From the NCBI GenBank assembly GCA_907165135.1, contig OU015568.1, positions 9,858,001 through 9,922,000 on the forward strand: a stretch of DNA of 64,000 nt. Reading direction: 5' to 3'. Position 1 is the first letter of the stretch, and each line of letters starts with the position of its first letter. Positions 12,830-26,098 of the stretch are shown here, piece after piece. The position numbers were made by a program, and so were the translations under genes. The notes beneath the pieces are model-generated. The model was given only the letters and a program-made list of their open reading frames with translations. It was not told the origin of the DNA and ran no database searches. Source of the stretch: Oikopleura dioica. Lineage: Eukaryota > Animalia > Chordata.

Positions 12830-13606
12830 ATTCCAGATGAGCTCATGAAAACTTCAGAAACTGACCCTAAAATTCACAAGTTCGAAGATTTTCGACCCTA
12901 CTTGCTCTTTACAACTCTTTGCTTTTTCGTTGATATCTACGCTACTGAAAAGTTCTTTCTAATCATCTTTTCGCGTTCTTAAATTTATTACAGTTAAATA
13001 TTTTTATCATCTCAGCGCTTTTTTGTTTACCTAAAAGTCTCCATTGTTCCTTTCAATTGCACTCGTACTGTTTACGGGTTAAATTTCAAGTCTATAAAAT
13101 TTTGTTTGTTGCTTCGCCACTTTCCAATTATTATGATAATAAATTTGCCAAAAATGAAATTCGTATTCTCTTAGTAAAGCGACTATTAATCTTCGAAATT
13201 GTTTTTTAATTTGCTCCATCTGGCATAGAGAAATCAGCATCGTAAAAAATATAATTATACGATAGATATTCTCAGTTTCGTACTTAGAGGAGAATCTGGT
13301 GGCATTTGAATTGAACTTACTTTGCAACATTCGTTCCCATCAATTCCTAAGCCCCAGTAGTAGGATAAACGTCGTCATTTAACATCGTTCCGAAATTCTG
13401 GTGGTGCTAATCCTAGCGCTCTTTGATGCACGCTGAGTATTTTTAGCCACGCCAGATGGCCGTCTTTGGAGAAATATCTTCCCATGACTTAACACCTTCG
13501 TTGATAAGGGAAAAAGTCGTGGGCTTATGTTGTCTGTGACGATAAAATTGGGAAAGTTGACCTACGTGAGAGTGATTCACGATGTCTCCAGATGACATAG
13601 CGCCTC

Positions 13607-13614
13607 TATAAAAG
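13607..13614 (+). promoter_or_regulatory. TATA box upstream of the bZIP gene
   Basis: TATAAAAG about 135 bp upstream of the ATG at 13748. Confidence 0.5.
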
Positions 13615-13747
13615 CGCACTGTCTCACCGAAGGCGGCCTATTCACTCCGGGAGTAAACATTTTATCGTCATTCGGAAAATTCATTTTCCGAGAAATACGA
13701 GAAAAGAGAAAAAACTCTGTACTCTTGATAAGAAATCAACAACGAAG

Positions 13748-14627
13748 ATGACTTACGAAAACTACTCAATGCATCAGGCAGAGATAAACGGAGTTGTAGA
13801 CAGGTAAAAAAGCCGATTCCGAGGATCTCGTTTAACCGATTCTTTAGATTCTACGTCCCAACAGATGTCAAGCTTGAGCCAGTTCTTGACGAAGATTTCC
13901 GAGAGTATCGACAAGTCCAACGTCCTGGTCGAGCGCCGAGGATCCCCGACGAAGAACTGAAACCAGAAGAGCTTGCAGCAAGAGAATTGAAACGAGCGAG
14001 AAACCGAGAAGCAGCGAAACGAGTCCGTGCGAGAAGAATTCAAAGGGTTCAAGATTTGGAGCGAGAACTTGACAGCGCCAAGTGAGTTGTATAAATAAGA
14101 TTATTACGTATTCATATGTGTATTTTCCCTTTGTTTCCAAGCGCATAATCATCGCTTTTTCTCGAAACGTCATTTTTTCTGTTTTTCTTTGGTTCTGGAA
14201 GTCAATAAAATTTTATAAAGACGTAATGGATGTATAAAAATATCGCAATATTTGAACTGCTCATAAATATATTCCCTCAAAATTATATTTCAGAAAAGCA
14301 CTCGAATCCGAAAAGACGGAGAATCAGAAACTTCGGAAACAGCTTCAGAATTACCAGAAGGGCAACAAAGGCGATGAAAAGGAAGAACACTCAATGATCC
14401 AGATGATGCGAAAACTCAGTGCTTCTGACAACATCCAGGTCGTTCCAACTGAGCATTCTTCTTACATGACTCCGTATGGATTGATCTCTCCGACATTGCA
14501 GTTTGTCGGCTCTCCACTGACGGCTGCCGCGAACATGCCAACCTCAACAGCCCAGATCTTCGCCTTTCCACAGTATAATGACAGCCAGGATCAACCCAAG
14601 AACTACACTCAGCTTCTGAGCGACTAA
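13748..14627 (+). CDS. bZIP transcription factor, Fos/ATF3-like
   Basis: Basic region ELKRARNREAAKRVRARRIQRVQDLERELDSAK, then a zipper exon from ~14293 (KALESEKTENQKLRKQL). 3 exons with GT-AG junctions. Confidence 0.8.
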
Positions 14628-14819
14628 GAATCTTACGACGCGCACAGATACCTTCTCAATGACTAGTTTTTCTGGAAATTTTCCGCACACTGACCATAAA
14701 AACATGCGCATTCCTTCATTGTGCCTACAATTGATACTCATTATCTGAACTTCAACACCTTTCCGAAATTAAAGATAATCAATAAAATACAAGTTTTATA
14801 AACAACAGAAATGTAAAAA

Positions 14820-16084
14820 CTTCACATTTCTTCTTTGTCCTTGTTGATTGCAGGCGAAACTCAAACAGTGACGATCCTTTTTTTGATACTTTGCATTTCT
14901 TCTTCAACAAGCGCAATTTTTTCCTGAGCTTCTTTTGAGCGATTAATTTTGCCTTCTTTTTCTTCCGTTAATTCTGCGAGCTTGCACTGTAAAAAGGAAC
15001 GTAATTATGTTGATGTTTCGCTACAAACAGAGACCCAAAGGCAATTTCTCTCTGAGATAATCTCCTAATTAGACGTTAATTGAATGAAAACTCACACGAA
15101 TTCACGGATTTATATCTTTTGCATCGGCAAATTAAGACTAAGTTCGCACCTTGCGCTTTTTTAATAATTATTCCTCACTTTTCCTTCGAGATGTATGCCT
15201 GGCACACGTGGAGGTATTGCTCGGTATTTTCCCTCAATAAATTTCTACCAACTTTGAGCTCTTTTTGCAGAAGACCTTCAAGCCTGCCAAAGTCTTCAAA
15301 GTAACCAGTATTATTTTCATAGCGCTTCCGTCCTTTGATAAGACTTAATTTATACCTGCTCATTGAAGAGATAAACTTACGTAAGCCAAGTTGGGCAAGA
15401 TCGAATTTAACGGCTGACTTTGGGCGTACATTCGGCACGGTGGTCTTTGTGACTTCCGGACATTGAGTACAGCCCTTATCAATTTCGGTTGGTGGGTCCT
15501 CAATTAATTGGTCGAGTCTCTTTACTGGGTTAATAAGGAGACTCATTGCGGTCATGGTTTTCTTTGAATTCTTATGTATTCGAGTGCATACTGTCTTAAA
15601 TTTCAGACACGCTAAATCTTTACTACTAGAAAAGCCCGAAGAAGCTCAACTTGCGAAGGGTTAAAGAAATTCGAAACGATTTTAATCCATTTCTTTTTTG
15701 CTTGGCAAAAGACAGACTTTTCCTCTTCAAGTTGCTCTTTTGCCTCCTGCGTTTCAATACGAAGCAGGAGGATTTGCTTTTCTTTCTGCAAAACCAAAAG
15801 CTCGAGCTCTTCAAGTCGCTCCTTGCTCGCTTCCAGCTTCGATTAAAGATAAACATCAGCAGTACTAGTGGCTCAACGTACCTCAGCTTCCACGAGTCCG
15901 ACTTCCAAACTTTCAAGCCGTTGCCTTTTTTGAGGGCCGAAAAATCCGAGCACGTTTAAAAATTCGAGATTTTTCTTCCTTTCCTTGAGTTGACGAGATT
16001 CTCCTGAAGATCTTTTACGGCTCTTTTGGTTGTTTCGATTTCCGATACAAAATAGCGACGTTTAGCTTCTCCTTTATTTTCCAT
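14820..16084 (-). CDS. Hypothetical coiled-coil protein(s); exon structure uncertain
   Basis: Open, heptad-rich segments (KLEASKERLEELELLVLQKEKQILLLRIETQEAKEQLEEEK; ORF 15175-15555) with plausible splice sites. No recognisable family. Confidence 0.35.
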
Positions 16085-16373
16085 TTTTATAGAACTTTTG
16101 CTTTCGGGATCTTTTGAACTTCAAAACACTAGTCAGACATTTGACATTTGCAGATGCAGTAATTTTTGTTGAGTTTTATAGTGTTGGTTTAATAAAAGAT
16201 CTTTGTTTCCAGAGTTTGAAATTCGAGAGCCTGAAGTGGGTCAGCAAATGATTTCGTAGCAATTTTGAAATAAAAAGTTTAACTCCACGATAGCATAATT
16301 TATCAAATCAGACATGAACTTGTGAAGATCATTTTTATTGAATAGTCTTGACCGCAGTTTGAATAGCGAAGGC

Positions 16374-19300
16374 TCAGTTGATGTCAGTGACGATGCAGTG
16401 GCGGTTGCAGCTTGGAATAGAAGGAACTGGTCTGGCGAATCGTAAAAACTCCCTTTCATTTGCTGAAAGACTCTTGATATTCTTGTCTGAATATGTTAAC
16501 AAACTAGAAACGCTTTTTGTCGAGGCGGTGGAAGACTTCCTTCTCCTTGTTTTGTCCTTGACGATGTCATGAAAGTAATTGAAGATTTCTAGCAAGGTGA
16601 GAATCGAGCCGCCTAAAGTATGATTGTTGTCAATGAATTGGCATTTCGTACTGAATCGTCTATAAATTATAAACATGTCTGGATGGTTTTCTTTGAGTGT
16701 TTCGTTAATAAGCTTCAACGACCATAAAAGATAGTTAATTTCAATGTTACTGTAGCATTTTTTATAATTAGATGATAAGAAAGCATCATCACCAAAAATG
16801 GAGAGTAATTAAGTGTTAATTATTGTTCTAGAGGTCCGCGTTACGCGCCACGTTTTGAATTTAAATTACAAAAAATAAAAAGTTGTTTCACTTGCCAATA
16901 AAGAGGCCCATTTGTCCACCAATATCACCCAGAAGCGCTCCGAACTCATATGCCTTCTTCTGCTCAATCTTTTCGTAGTTGAGCGCTTCGAAGAAGACGT
17001 TCAACTAAATGGAATAGCTAACAATAATTTACGCCGTATTATTTCTGCGTTGGATTTGTCCTACTTTGCGAAAGCATCAACAAACGCACGTGGCAATCAG
17101 TGGATTTTAGTGAGGCTGGGAAGGGCTAGTGTCTACCTTTGCGAAATTTTTTCTGATGTAGTTCTGCGGCTTCTTGTATTTCGCCGACAAATATTCGACT
17201 AAAATAATTGTTGTTTCTCCTTTGGTCGATGACAAAATAGAAGATGCTCCCACCTGACGCGTTCGACGGTAGTTTCAGCAACGAAATTTCCTTTTCTAGG
17301 GCTCAACATTTTGAAGAAAAGGAAACGACTCGCAAGAAAATAAACCCGTTCCTTTGAATAACGACGGACATCACATGGAGTGGCGCATACGCACTTTGAG
17401 TTGTCCTGAAAATTGCTTTATATTCCAGAAAAATGAACTCTACGTTCACTTCCACTTATTCAAATCCATGCCCACATTTGGTTCATATCTGAAACACAAA
17501 GAAAATGCTAGGGGTTCTGTCAAAACAAACGTAATGGCGAAGCAAATAATTGAATTCAAGTTATTCGCTTCCCAGTTTTGACCCTTGCATTCAAATAACA
17601 CTCAGAGTGGAACATCTAAAATATGATATGCAAACTTAAGAATCACTTATTTTATCTTTTTTAAATGTTAATTAAAAATCAGCATTATTTGGTGAAGACT
17701 GAATGGAGATGAAAAAAATTGTTCATTTACCTCGCCATCGTCTATGTTTCGGTAAAATTTTTCAGACTATGATTTTTAGTTACTGAGATGTTAAAAGTGT
17801 TTTGAACGCCCATAATCCGATGAGCGGAGCCCGTCTTTCAAAATAATCAAACGATTTTATGCCAAAAAAATCAACGTGGATATAATTATATAAAACGTTT
17901 CTACTTCACAACCTCTAAACTTCTTTTGACAGAAATTACCTTTGAAGTAAGACTATCAAGTTCTTGATCAGCACATTCCCATTTATTTGGTTGACAAAAG
18001 CGTGGAGGTTCATCGGGCAAGAAGGGCATATGAACCATTCTAAATTATTATTAATCAGAAGCAAGCGATAATTTTTTAGAATCAGTCATTTTATCAATTA
18101 AAATTGACCCAATAACTCCTTAAAAGGATGCAACAAACGATTTTTGTTTAGGGCGTGTATTTTTGAATAAGCTCGGAATAAATATTACGACTCACCTACA
18201 ACCGCATTTCGCAAGCACCTGTTTTGTTTCGCACGTGATCCGGCATGCTTATCAGATGGGATCTGTTTTAGATAACTTTTATTCTTGCGGCTAGCGTGGC
18301 CAAGAGTTGCTACTAACAAATTCAATAAAAGTGAAAGGTGTCTGAGGTCGATTGGGTGGAGAATTTTATCATGCATCTGATTAGGATCCCGCCCTGATAT
18401 TGAATAATTATCAAAATACTTGTGGTCCTCTTTGTTGTTGTTTTCCTTGCAGACTCCCCATGGAGGCGGTAGAAATTTCACTCGCTGCTCTTGAGTCGCT
18501 ACTAGAGTTTGAAAGCCAGGAACTATTCCAAAACCGAGCTCGTGAAGAAACGGCGGTTCCAGTTGAGAATGGAGCTGGATTTTGAATCCCGCTTCAACGG
18601 ACAACTCATCTAAAGGTTCATGGAAATTATTCAAAACCGCTTCATCTCAAACATATTAAATCATAACTGATTAGAAAAGATGTCAAAATTCAAGTTCGTT
18701 TAGATCCAACGAGCACTGGCCAAGTTTATTATGAATTACTGTCATCGCGGGAAAAAGATTATGTTATAAATGGAAGGGAGCAGTGGAGGACACGACCCTT
18801 GTTCCCAAATGATAATTGATGTTGTCCCTCTTAGACGAAATCAACCCTAGCACCTATTTTCAAATTTGTCGATTTTGAATAATATTTTGCCTCAATCAGA
18901 TAAGCTTATTTTTGATTAACCTCAAAACGAATTGTGCCCTTTATTAAACTCTTATTAAATCTTTTGAATAAAAAAAAATAGTTACCATTGTCAGACCACA
19001 CGGGGATATATTCTTCTTGCTCTAAATTGAGAAGAACTTCCAAGCCATTGTCGATTCCACCTTTGAGCGTTTTGAGAATTTTTGAAGGATCAGCTGGATT
19101 GTTGAAAGTTAGGCATTTTCCATGGCGCGTGAAAATAGTAGTCCAGAACTCGCTTCCTAAATTAATCCTCTTTCCCGAATCGATTGCTTTTCATTAAGGA
19201 CCCCCCCGTCAACAATTTTCGAAAAATCTATTTTCGGAATTTCAAAATTTTGACCCCGGAAATAGATTCTACGGGTGAAAAAACGATTTTGAGGCTTCAT

Positions 19301-20620
19301 TTTTTGGGGGTCTATCTCGACTCCTTCAACCTCAAAATCGCCTTAAAAAATTGGACTATTTGACGAAAAGTGATGAAAATGGCCTATTTTTGCTAGAAAA
19401 TCAGATTTTTCTTGGTCGAAAATTGCTCCGAACAAGTTTATATGATGTATTAAACTTCAAGGTACACTCAGAAGCCAAAAATGGCTGTTTAAAAATTTTC
19501 GATTTTTTGAGGAAAATTGTTGACGGGGGTCCTTAATCATTTACCCTGGAAAAGTTGGAAGTTGCAATCAGATAGTTAAAAACTGTACCTTTGCAAGTCT
19601 CACCGCGATATTTGCAGTCGACGATTACAGAGTTCAGTTCGTGTCCAGTCCGATCTGCATATTCGAACATGTCAAATTGGGCAGCTGGACTTTGAGACGG
19701 TTCACTTCGAGAAGCACAAGTTCAACTTTAAGTTATCAATAATAACTTGTTATTAAAGTCAAGGCCAACGTGGTTAATTATTGACGAATTAGAGTCAAGG
19801 GCTTTGTCCCAAAGCAATTATGACTTCGTTGACTAAGTATTTATTTATGAAACCGCTATCTTTGGTACCCATTGACGACTTTTGCGATTTTCTCCTTTAG
19901 GTTGGCTTTGGAGATGTTTAGATAATCTCAAAATAAAGGCGATGCCACAACGTGCATCTGAATAATTATTCATAGACAAACAAAAAGGGTACTTTTGTTA
20001 TCTCAAGTCGGGAAATAGCCACTTTTGCCTTTACGCAAGGTCGATCAGTTTTCTTTTAAACATGTTCCTGAGAGAGTCTTGCCAGTATTATCCTGTAGAA
20101 AAGGAGAGTACGTTCTGTTCTTCGTGATTAAGCCGTTGATGAACCCGATATGGAAGATATCATCAACGGTCAATTTCGACAGGCGGTTCGAGTTTAAATT
20201 GCAAATCGTCAGCGAGGGAAAATCCATTGGCTCCTCGCTCTCCAGCTCATCAATTATGGTTGTATGAGGTCGTCTAATAAAAATATTAGATAAAAAAGAA
20301 TATATCAATTGAAAGAAAACGAACCCCAAAATCAAATCTGAACATCAATCTTATTGTTATCGTCTTTATTCGCCAATTAAACTTGGTTTTGTAAAAGAAA
20401 TTTTGGTTTGGTTAAATGATTAACTTACTCCCTAAACCGCTGGATTGCTTCGAGCGTGTGCGTCGCGAAAAAGCCCACAGCTGCCATGAAGACAACTGCC
20501 CATACTGTCTTCTTGAGGTCTATGCGTCCGGCGTAACAAATATTCGAAATGCCGTGCAGCGTCGAGCTACTCGAGCACTCGTACAACGTTGTTATCTTTA
20601 CCCGATGGACAAGCGATGAT
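16374..20620 (-). CDS. Acid-sensing ion channel (DEG/ENaC family); 5' end uncertain
   Basis: [139 protein letters not shown]. Confidence 0.92.
19198..19532. mobile_element. 335-bp MITE with TTAA target-site duplication and GG...CC termini (Kolobok-like), in an ASIC intron
   Basis: TTAA 19194-19197 followed by GGACCCCCCCGTCAACAATTTTC. The right end reads GAAAATTGTTGACGGGGGTCC followed by TTAA 19533-19536. No ORF. Confidence 0.85.
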
Positions 20621-22112
20621 AAGCCCCCGCCGAGCTATTTTTCAAGACAATAATTTTCTTTCTCTTTGACGCCCTTTGATCGGGCTCCCCAAACTATTCA
20701 AGAAAAAATAGCTCAACTACAGCAATAGTAAACACAGCCTTATCAAATTTTAGACGATAACGAAATTCTAGAGGAGCATTTGGAGATGCCTTTCTGCCTA
20801 TTTTTCCACTAGAATGTCTTCCGAAAGCAGCTCGAAATGTGCGCGACTTCGATTAGCTTTTTCAAATAAATTCATTTTTGAAAATCTTAAAAATGGTTAA
20901 ATTCTTATCAATGATGATGCTTTAAAATCTCCTTTGAAAAGCTCTTTACAGTACACTTTTTCTCTTATTGTAACGCAAAAGCTTCTCTATCATTCGACCG
21001 AGAAATATTAAAAAGGTTGTAAATGTATTTGAAATTGGCAGAAAAATATTCACTTTGTTCCTGTTTGGAATAAGCCCCCGATTAATCTACGGATTAGGTT
21101 TTACATTTTTGTGATCAATATCACAATATCACCGATAGTGGCCACCTAGCCAAATGTTGTCTCGTTTTTCTTCGTCTGAGCTTGCAACCGACTCTGCCAC
21201 TTCTCAAAATAATAAATCAGCACCAGGCCAAAAGCCAAACCAAAGATAAAAATATGCTCTAATGAATTCTTACCTGGGGTTGTTAGTGTACCAACATCAC
21301 GCTGATTTCTTCCAATTCGGCCTATCTGCTCATTTACAATCTTCAACTGGCTTTTTATAATAAGAAAAAGTTGTTCTCTTTGTTGATTTTGAAGCCAGTT
21401 CCTTGTGTTCAAAATGCGGGCTTGCTTTGAAAAAATAGTCGTTTGCTGGAACTGCGTAAGAAGATGGATATGTTTTCTGAGCAGGGATTAGTAATTTCGA
21501 TGGCCGCTTGATAATATGTTGATCTATAAAAATACCGACTTTTCCAGAAAAAAAACTTGCGTTCAAAGATTGACGCATAAAACGTGGTAAGCAAAGTACC
21601 GTCTATTTTTTTTACTCTTGATTGTGATTAGTAAAAGCGAAATATTGCTACACTTAGTAAGAGTGCTAAATTAGATAAATGCGGTACTTGAGTTATTAAA
21701 CGAGCCCCTGTTGCTGCTGATAAAGAAGTTCGCCACTTGTTCGTGCTCTAACCGAGTTACGACTGATAATTACACATGGCCAAATTTGTCCACTTGACTT
21801 TGGAAAAAGAGGGCAGTTGTCTAAAACGAATACGAACTCAGAGACATCTAAAATGAGCGTAACAAATGCCTTGGAAGGTACACGTGGTCGTAGTCGGGTT
21901 CTGGAAGATCGTGTTGACAGGAACATCGCCGCTCGTACTGTACATTCGAAGCGGCTTCATCCCTAAGTTCAAAGTCGAGAAAAGTGCACGGAGGAGCGCT
22001 TGATAAATGAGCTTGCACTGAGTGAGGTCTTTGGGACGATGTTCAGGAAAGTTACATCAAAAGAAGATTTCTTCCAGAAACGTTACTTTTGTATAAATTT
22101 AAAATATGCTAC

Positions 22113-22355
22113 TGTAAGGAGTCTGCTATACTGCCTTTTCCCACTGGAAGAATGCCTGCTAATCTCTAAGGACAACAAGGAAGAGTCGGTAGTAGAGTAA
22201 TCGTTGCTGTATATTTTGTAGAGAAAAGTTGGAAATAAATAACGAGTTGCTCGGAGGAGGTAAAAGTTACGAATGCCACTTCTGATCGGGCTCGACCGGA
22301 GTTGCGCTCGATCAGATAATGATAACGTGGGCGAGAGTCTAGCAAACCCTATACT
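22113..22355 (-). repeat. 3' LTR (lacks the first 3 nt of the 5' LTR)
   Basis: Sequence identical to 26099-26341. Confidence 0.92.
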
Positions 22356-22565
22356 CCCCCTGAGACTTGAGCATATGATAAGAATAGTGGCAGGAAAAGA
22401 CTTTGACGCATCTAATGAACAGGATCTTGAGAAAATGCTACATTCTGGGTTCGATTCTGCGTTAAAAAACCACGTGGGAGAAAAAGCATGAATCTAGACC
22501 AGAATATGTTGAGTAGCTCTTCTAGCGATGGCGAGCGGGCGAATCGGCTGGATCAGGGATTGTGC

Positions 22566-25450
22566 TCAATAAATGGTCGGCGACGGTCTGTAGTGATAAA
22601 GTCTAACCTTTTCAGGCCCCGGTCGATGATACAGAGCGAGCTCTGTTGGACCTGAAGGGGCGGCATTTTTCGCATAGTTGTAGCTCTTGCTGCTGGAGCT
22701 ATTGATGTTCATCGGTTGAACTTGGGTTTTCACTCGAGATGATGTCCGCGGCGCTTTCGGATGCAGTTCGACAACTGTACTGTTCGGAGAAGCTTCGGGT
22801 CGAGTTCGCTTTTGACGTCGTTTTTGCACTGGAGTGGGTCTCTTTTGTGATGCGACATTTTCTGACGAATTATTTAGATCTGCCACATCACGCGACTTGA
22901 CATCTAAGTTCTGGGTAGATAGAGCTTGAGAATGGGCTGATTCGGAGATGGTGATTTCCCAGGTGGTTCCACCAGTAGTAACATCCGCGGCATATTTCAC
23001 AGGCGAGATATCTGGGTTGATAGTCTGAACCTGAGACCTTTTGACGGGCGTATAACTCCTCTCCCCCTGAGACGATGAACCCGATTGAGTTGATTTCTTT
23101 GGAGGTGGAATTCGCGGTTGAGCTATTTGATGAGCCTTCGACTTGATAGTCGAGGTGAGGTGAGGGAAACTACGGTCCATTTCGAAATCGTCGATGAATC
23201 TCAAATTGTCGAGTCGTCGAGAAGCGTGACCACTGTGCTCGGTGATGCTGGCCAAAGCTAAATCCAGCATCTTACCGTTTTGTAGAAAGAGCAGATGGCG
23301 ACGATCGGAATGCAGGTAGAAGTGGCGTCCATTTAGCATCATCTCCGGACACTCGCATCCCCATTCAATCGCAAAGTGTTCTTTGTGAGTGTTGGAATCC
23401 GCGGCTAACCAATATGCCCATTTTGGAGGGCGAGCCAATCGCATTTGTAGCTCCTGTAGCGCGAGATTCGCGTTTTGTGACCATTTGGAAACGGCTGTGT
23501 CAGTCGCCGAGTTTCTGACTGAGTAAAGTGGCACAATGCGATGAGAAAAGCTGTCTGTTGCGCTCTTTTCTCCCACTGTCGTTTCAAAAAATGGTCGAAC
23601 CGAAAGGGGTTCAATTACCGACGTGAGTTCCTTTAAGTTCCCTGGGGGTTCCATCATCCGCGGTTTCAACAGATTTTCTGGGCCTGGCCTAGCCTCAGAC
23701 TGCGTGATGTCTCGGCCAAGGAGTCTCGCCGGTTGTTGGAGGGGTACTTTTGTTTCCGCCCCGAACGGAAATTTTCCCGGTTGACCATTCCGAATCAGCG
23801 AAGCCTCATCTACCTGGTGTGACTTGTCGCTCTTGTCCGGAAATGTGATGTGTAGCACCTCTTTTACTCGCTTCGCTGGGCATCCTTGGTCACGGGAATT
23901 CGGTGATGCAGCTAACGTAAACTTTTTGTTGTCCGCGGTAACGTTGGTAGCTTTAGATCGCTCATTGTGGGTGATTCGGAAGCACTTGACTCTACTATGA
24001 GCCACACCCTTGAGTTTTATCGTTTGGGACTTTGTCTTCGTAAAAGAGTTGTCGAAATACAACGTAAGAGTTCTTAACTTGTTGTCGACAGCGAGTCCGT
24101 CTATCGCTGCGTTGTCGAGAACGTCTCTGCCCAGTAGATTCGGAAAACCGGCGGGCGTAACCACCAGCTCGACCTTGATTTGTGGTCCATCGTTGAAGGA
24201 GAACCGGCAATCCAGTAAACCAAGTGGCCTTTGCGGCGGTGACTTGGGGTCGAATCCAGAAATGTCGAATGGGCAGGGTTGGAGTTGTTTGAGAATTTGG
24301 TCGGGTACGCAATCGACTGAAACTGTAGAAGAAGCAGCTCCGCTGTCTACCTCCATCATGGTGTCAAAACTTTTAGAGTCCACCGTGATGGTTGTAGCTG
24401 CGAAGTTAGTCTTGATTGAATTCTTCGACTTCAGTTGATAGTATTGGAATGGTTCCAGTTGTTCTTCAATTGTCGTCTTCATCACTTTCTTTTCGGATTT
24501 GTCGTCGCAGTCGGTATCTTCGCTATTCGAGTTTCCGCCTTTCGGGCTCTTCTTTCGCCTGTTCCATCTCCCGCCTTTCTTCTTTTGGAAGTTGACGGAG
24601 ACAGAAGTGTCAACTCTGTTTTGGATCGTTTGTTGTGCCAGGCGAGCAAGTTCCTTTATTGAGAAGACGTTACTCAGCGAAGGAGAAATCTGATTGAAAA
24701 CTTCAGGCTCGTTGGATCGTAACTGAAGATAGAGCAGCATGGCTTCTATGACTTCGAAGACATCATCGGCTTCTAGGTCTCGATTTTTGTGAGATTTGAA
24801 AGCGGCTTTAATCGCCCCTCTCGCCTCTCTCATCTTTTTCTGGACTTCCGCGGCGTAGTGCGCGGTTGGCTTCGTAGGGTCGAATTCGATGTCCCATACT
24901 TCGGATAAGGAGAGGAAGAAGTGGCTTCTATCGCCGAAATTTTTTCTAGAATTGTCTTTGCGTCTTCCCAGGTTGAGCACTGGAGGATTTCTTCACCGAT
25001 CTGTCGTTCGATGGAGATATCGAGGTGTGAGTAAACGCAGTTCAAGAATGGTTGTAGTCTGCTTGCGTGACCTTCGACGTGTGCTTTGTAAAATATTGAA
25101 AGTCGGCCCAGGAAGTTCGTAAATTCTGCGTGTGAACTTCCATCGAGTTTGGAGGTGTCTGTCATGTATCGTGTAAATGTGGCTGTGATGTGAGCTTCTT
25201 CTCGATAATCCGCGGTTGTTTGGTGACCTTGGGCGAAAGACTGGGAACGGTTGAGTTCGTGTTTGCAGAGGGTTCCCATCATTTGGTTTATCCGGTCCCG
25301 TTCCAAGATGTTTTTGTTGATAATCGGACGCAAGACTGGCTCTTTCGCCGGGTCAGCTTGTATCTGACTCTCAAGGTCGCGGTTCATGTCCAGAAGTAGT
25401 GAGATTCGGACGCCCGCTTCGTATATTGATCCCGGATCGTTGTCGGTCAT
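22566..25450 (-). CDS. Gag-aspartic protease polyprotein with connection/RNase H remnants (ORFs 24830-25450 and 22566-24980, joined at an A6 run)
   Basis: Protease MEVDSGAASSTV and NLLGRDVL. Basic NC-like QKKKGGRWNRRKKSPK. Connection-like KWSQNANLALQELQMRLARPP. RNase H-like KEHFAIEWGCE...LNGRHFYLHSDRRHL. No YxDD and no HHCC/DDE visible. Confidence 0.8.
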
Positions 25451-26098
25451 AGCTCAAAATGTGCGAAGTCACGAGATCTTGATCAAAAGTTTTACCTTTT
25501 GGGCCCTCAGAAATAGCCAGCAACTTTTTACGGTTACTGACAATGACGCTGAGGTGCCGATGTACGCGTTGTCGATCTCGGAGTTCTTGTCTTCTCTTGG
25601 CAAATTTTCTCTTGCTGGAAGTGTTTTCGTAAAATTCTCTGTCTTCTGTGTTTTTGTTTTAGTTTCCGCGGCTTTGTGTCTTCTGATTATTTTCAGAGTG
25701 AGTGGTGTTTCGTTTTCGCGTGTGTAGGTGGGCGTTGCGTCACTTGTCCGCGGCGGGGCCTAGGCGGCGGCGTGGTGGCGCGCGCGAGGTGTTGGAGGTG
25801 TGTGTGTGGTGAGCGAAGGAGTAGCGCGGGCGTGTTCCGTTGCTCGGTGCGTGGGTTTGTTGTTTTATTCTCGCGGCGATTTCGGATGGCGGTGATCAGG
25901 GCCAACGGAATTTTTGTGCGCGGCGGGAATTTCTGTTTTCGTAATTTTCGTAATTTTCTCTTGAAACGGCGTTTCTAGCGGTTCCAAGGAAAATTAGGAG
26001 TTGATTCGTAATCCGCGGTCTCTGATTGGTCGAAACGGCGAAATTTACTCGTCGGAGAAGTCGTCACTTTTCCAGAATCTGGGTCTTCTTGACACCAC

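Noticed and set aside
21146-22100. Minus-strand ORF fragments, including a TM-like segment, possibly a gene disrupted by the LTR element
   Set aside because: Could not assemble a consistent exon chain or recognise a family. Left unannotated.
24010-24438. Antisense ORFs over the retroelement, and similar shadow ORFs over XRN1, TCERG1 and POLK
   Set aside because: They lie opposite real coding sequence, have no motifs, and are expected by-products of codon bias.
24930-24950. Programmed -1 ribosomal frameshift between the two retroelement ORFs
   Set aside because: The junction is an A6 run in mid-Gag with no in-frame X XXY YYZ heptamer, and other homopolymer deletions occur in this window. A read error is more likely, but raw reads are needed to exclude recoding.
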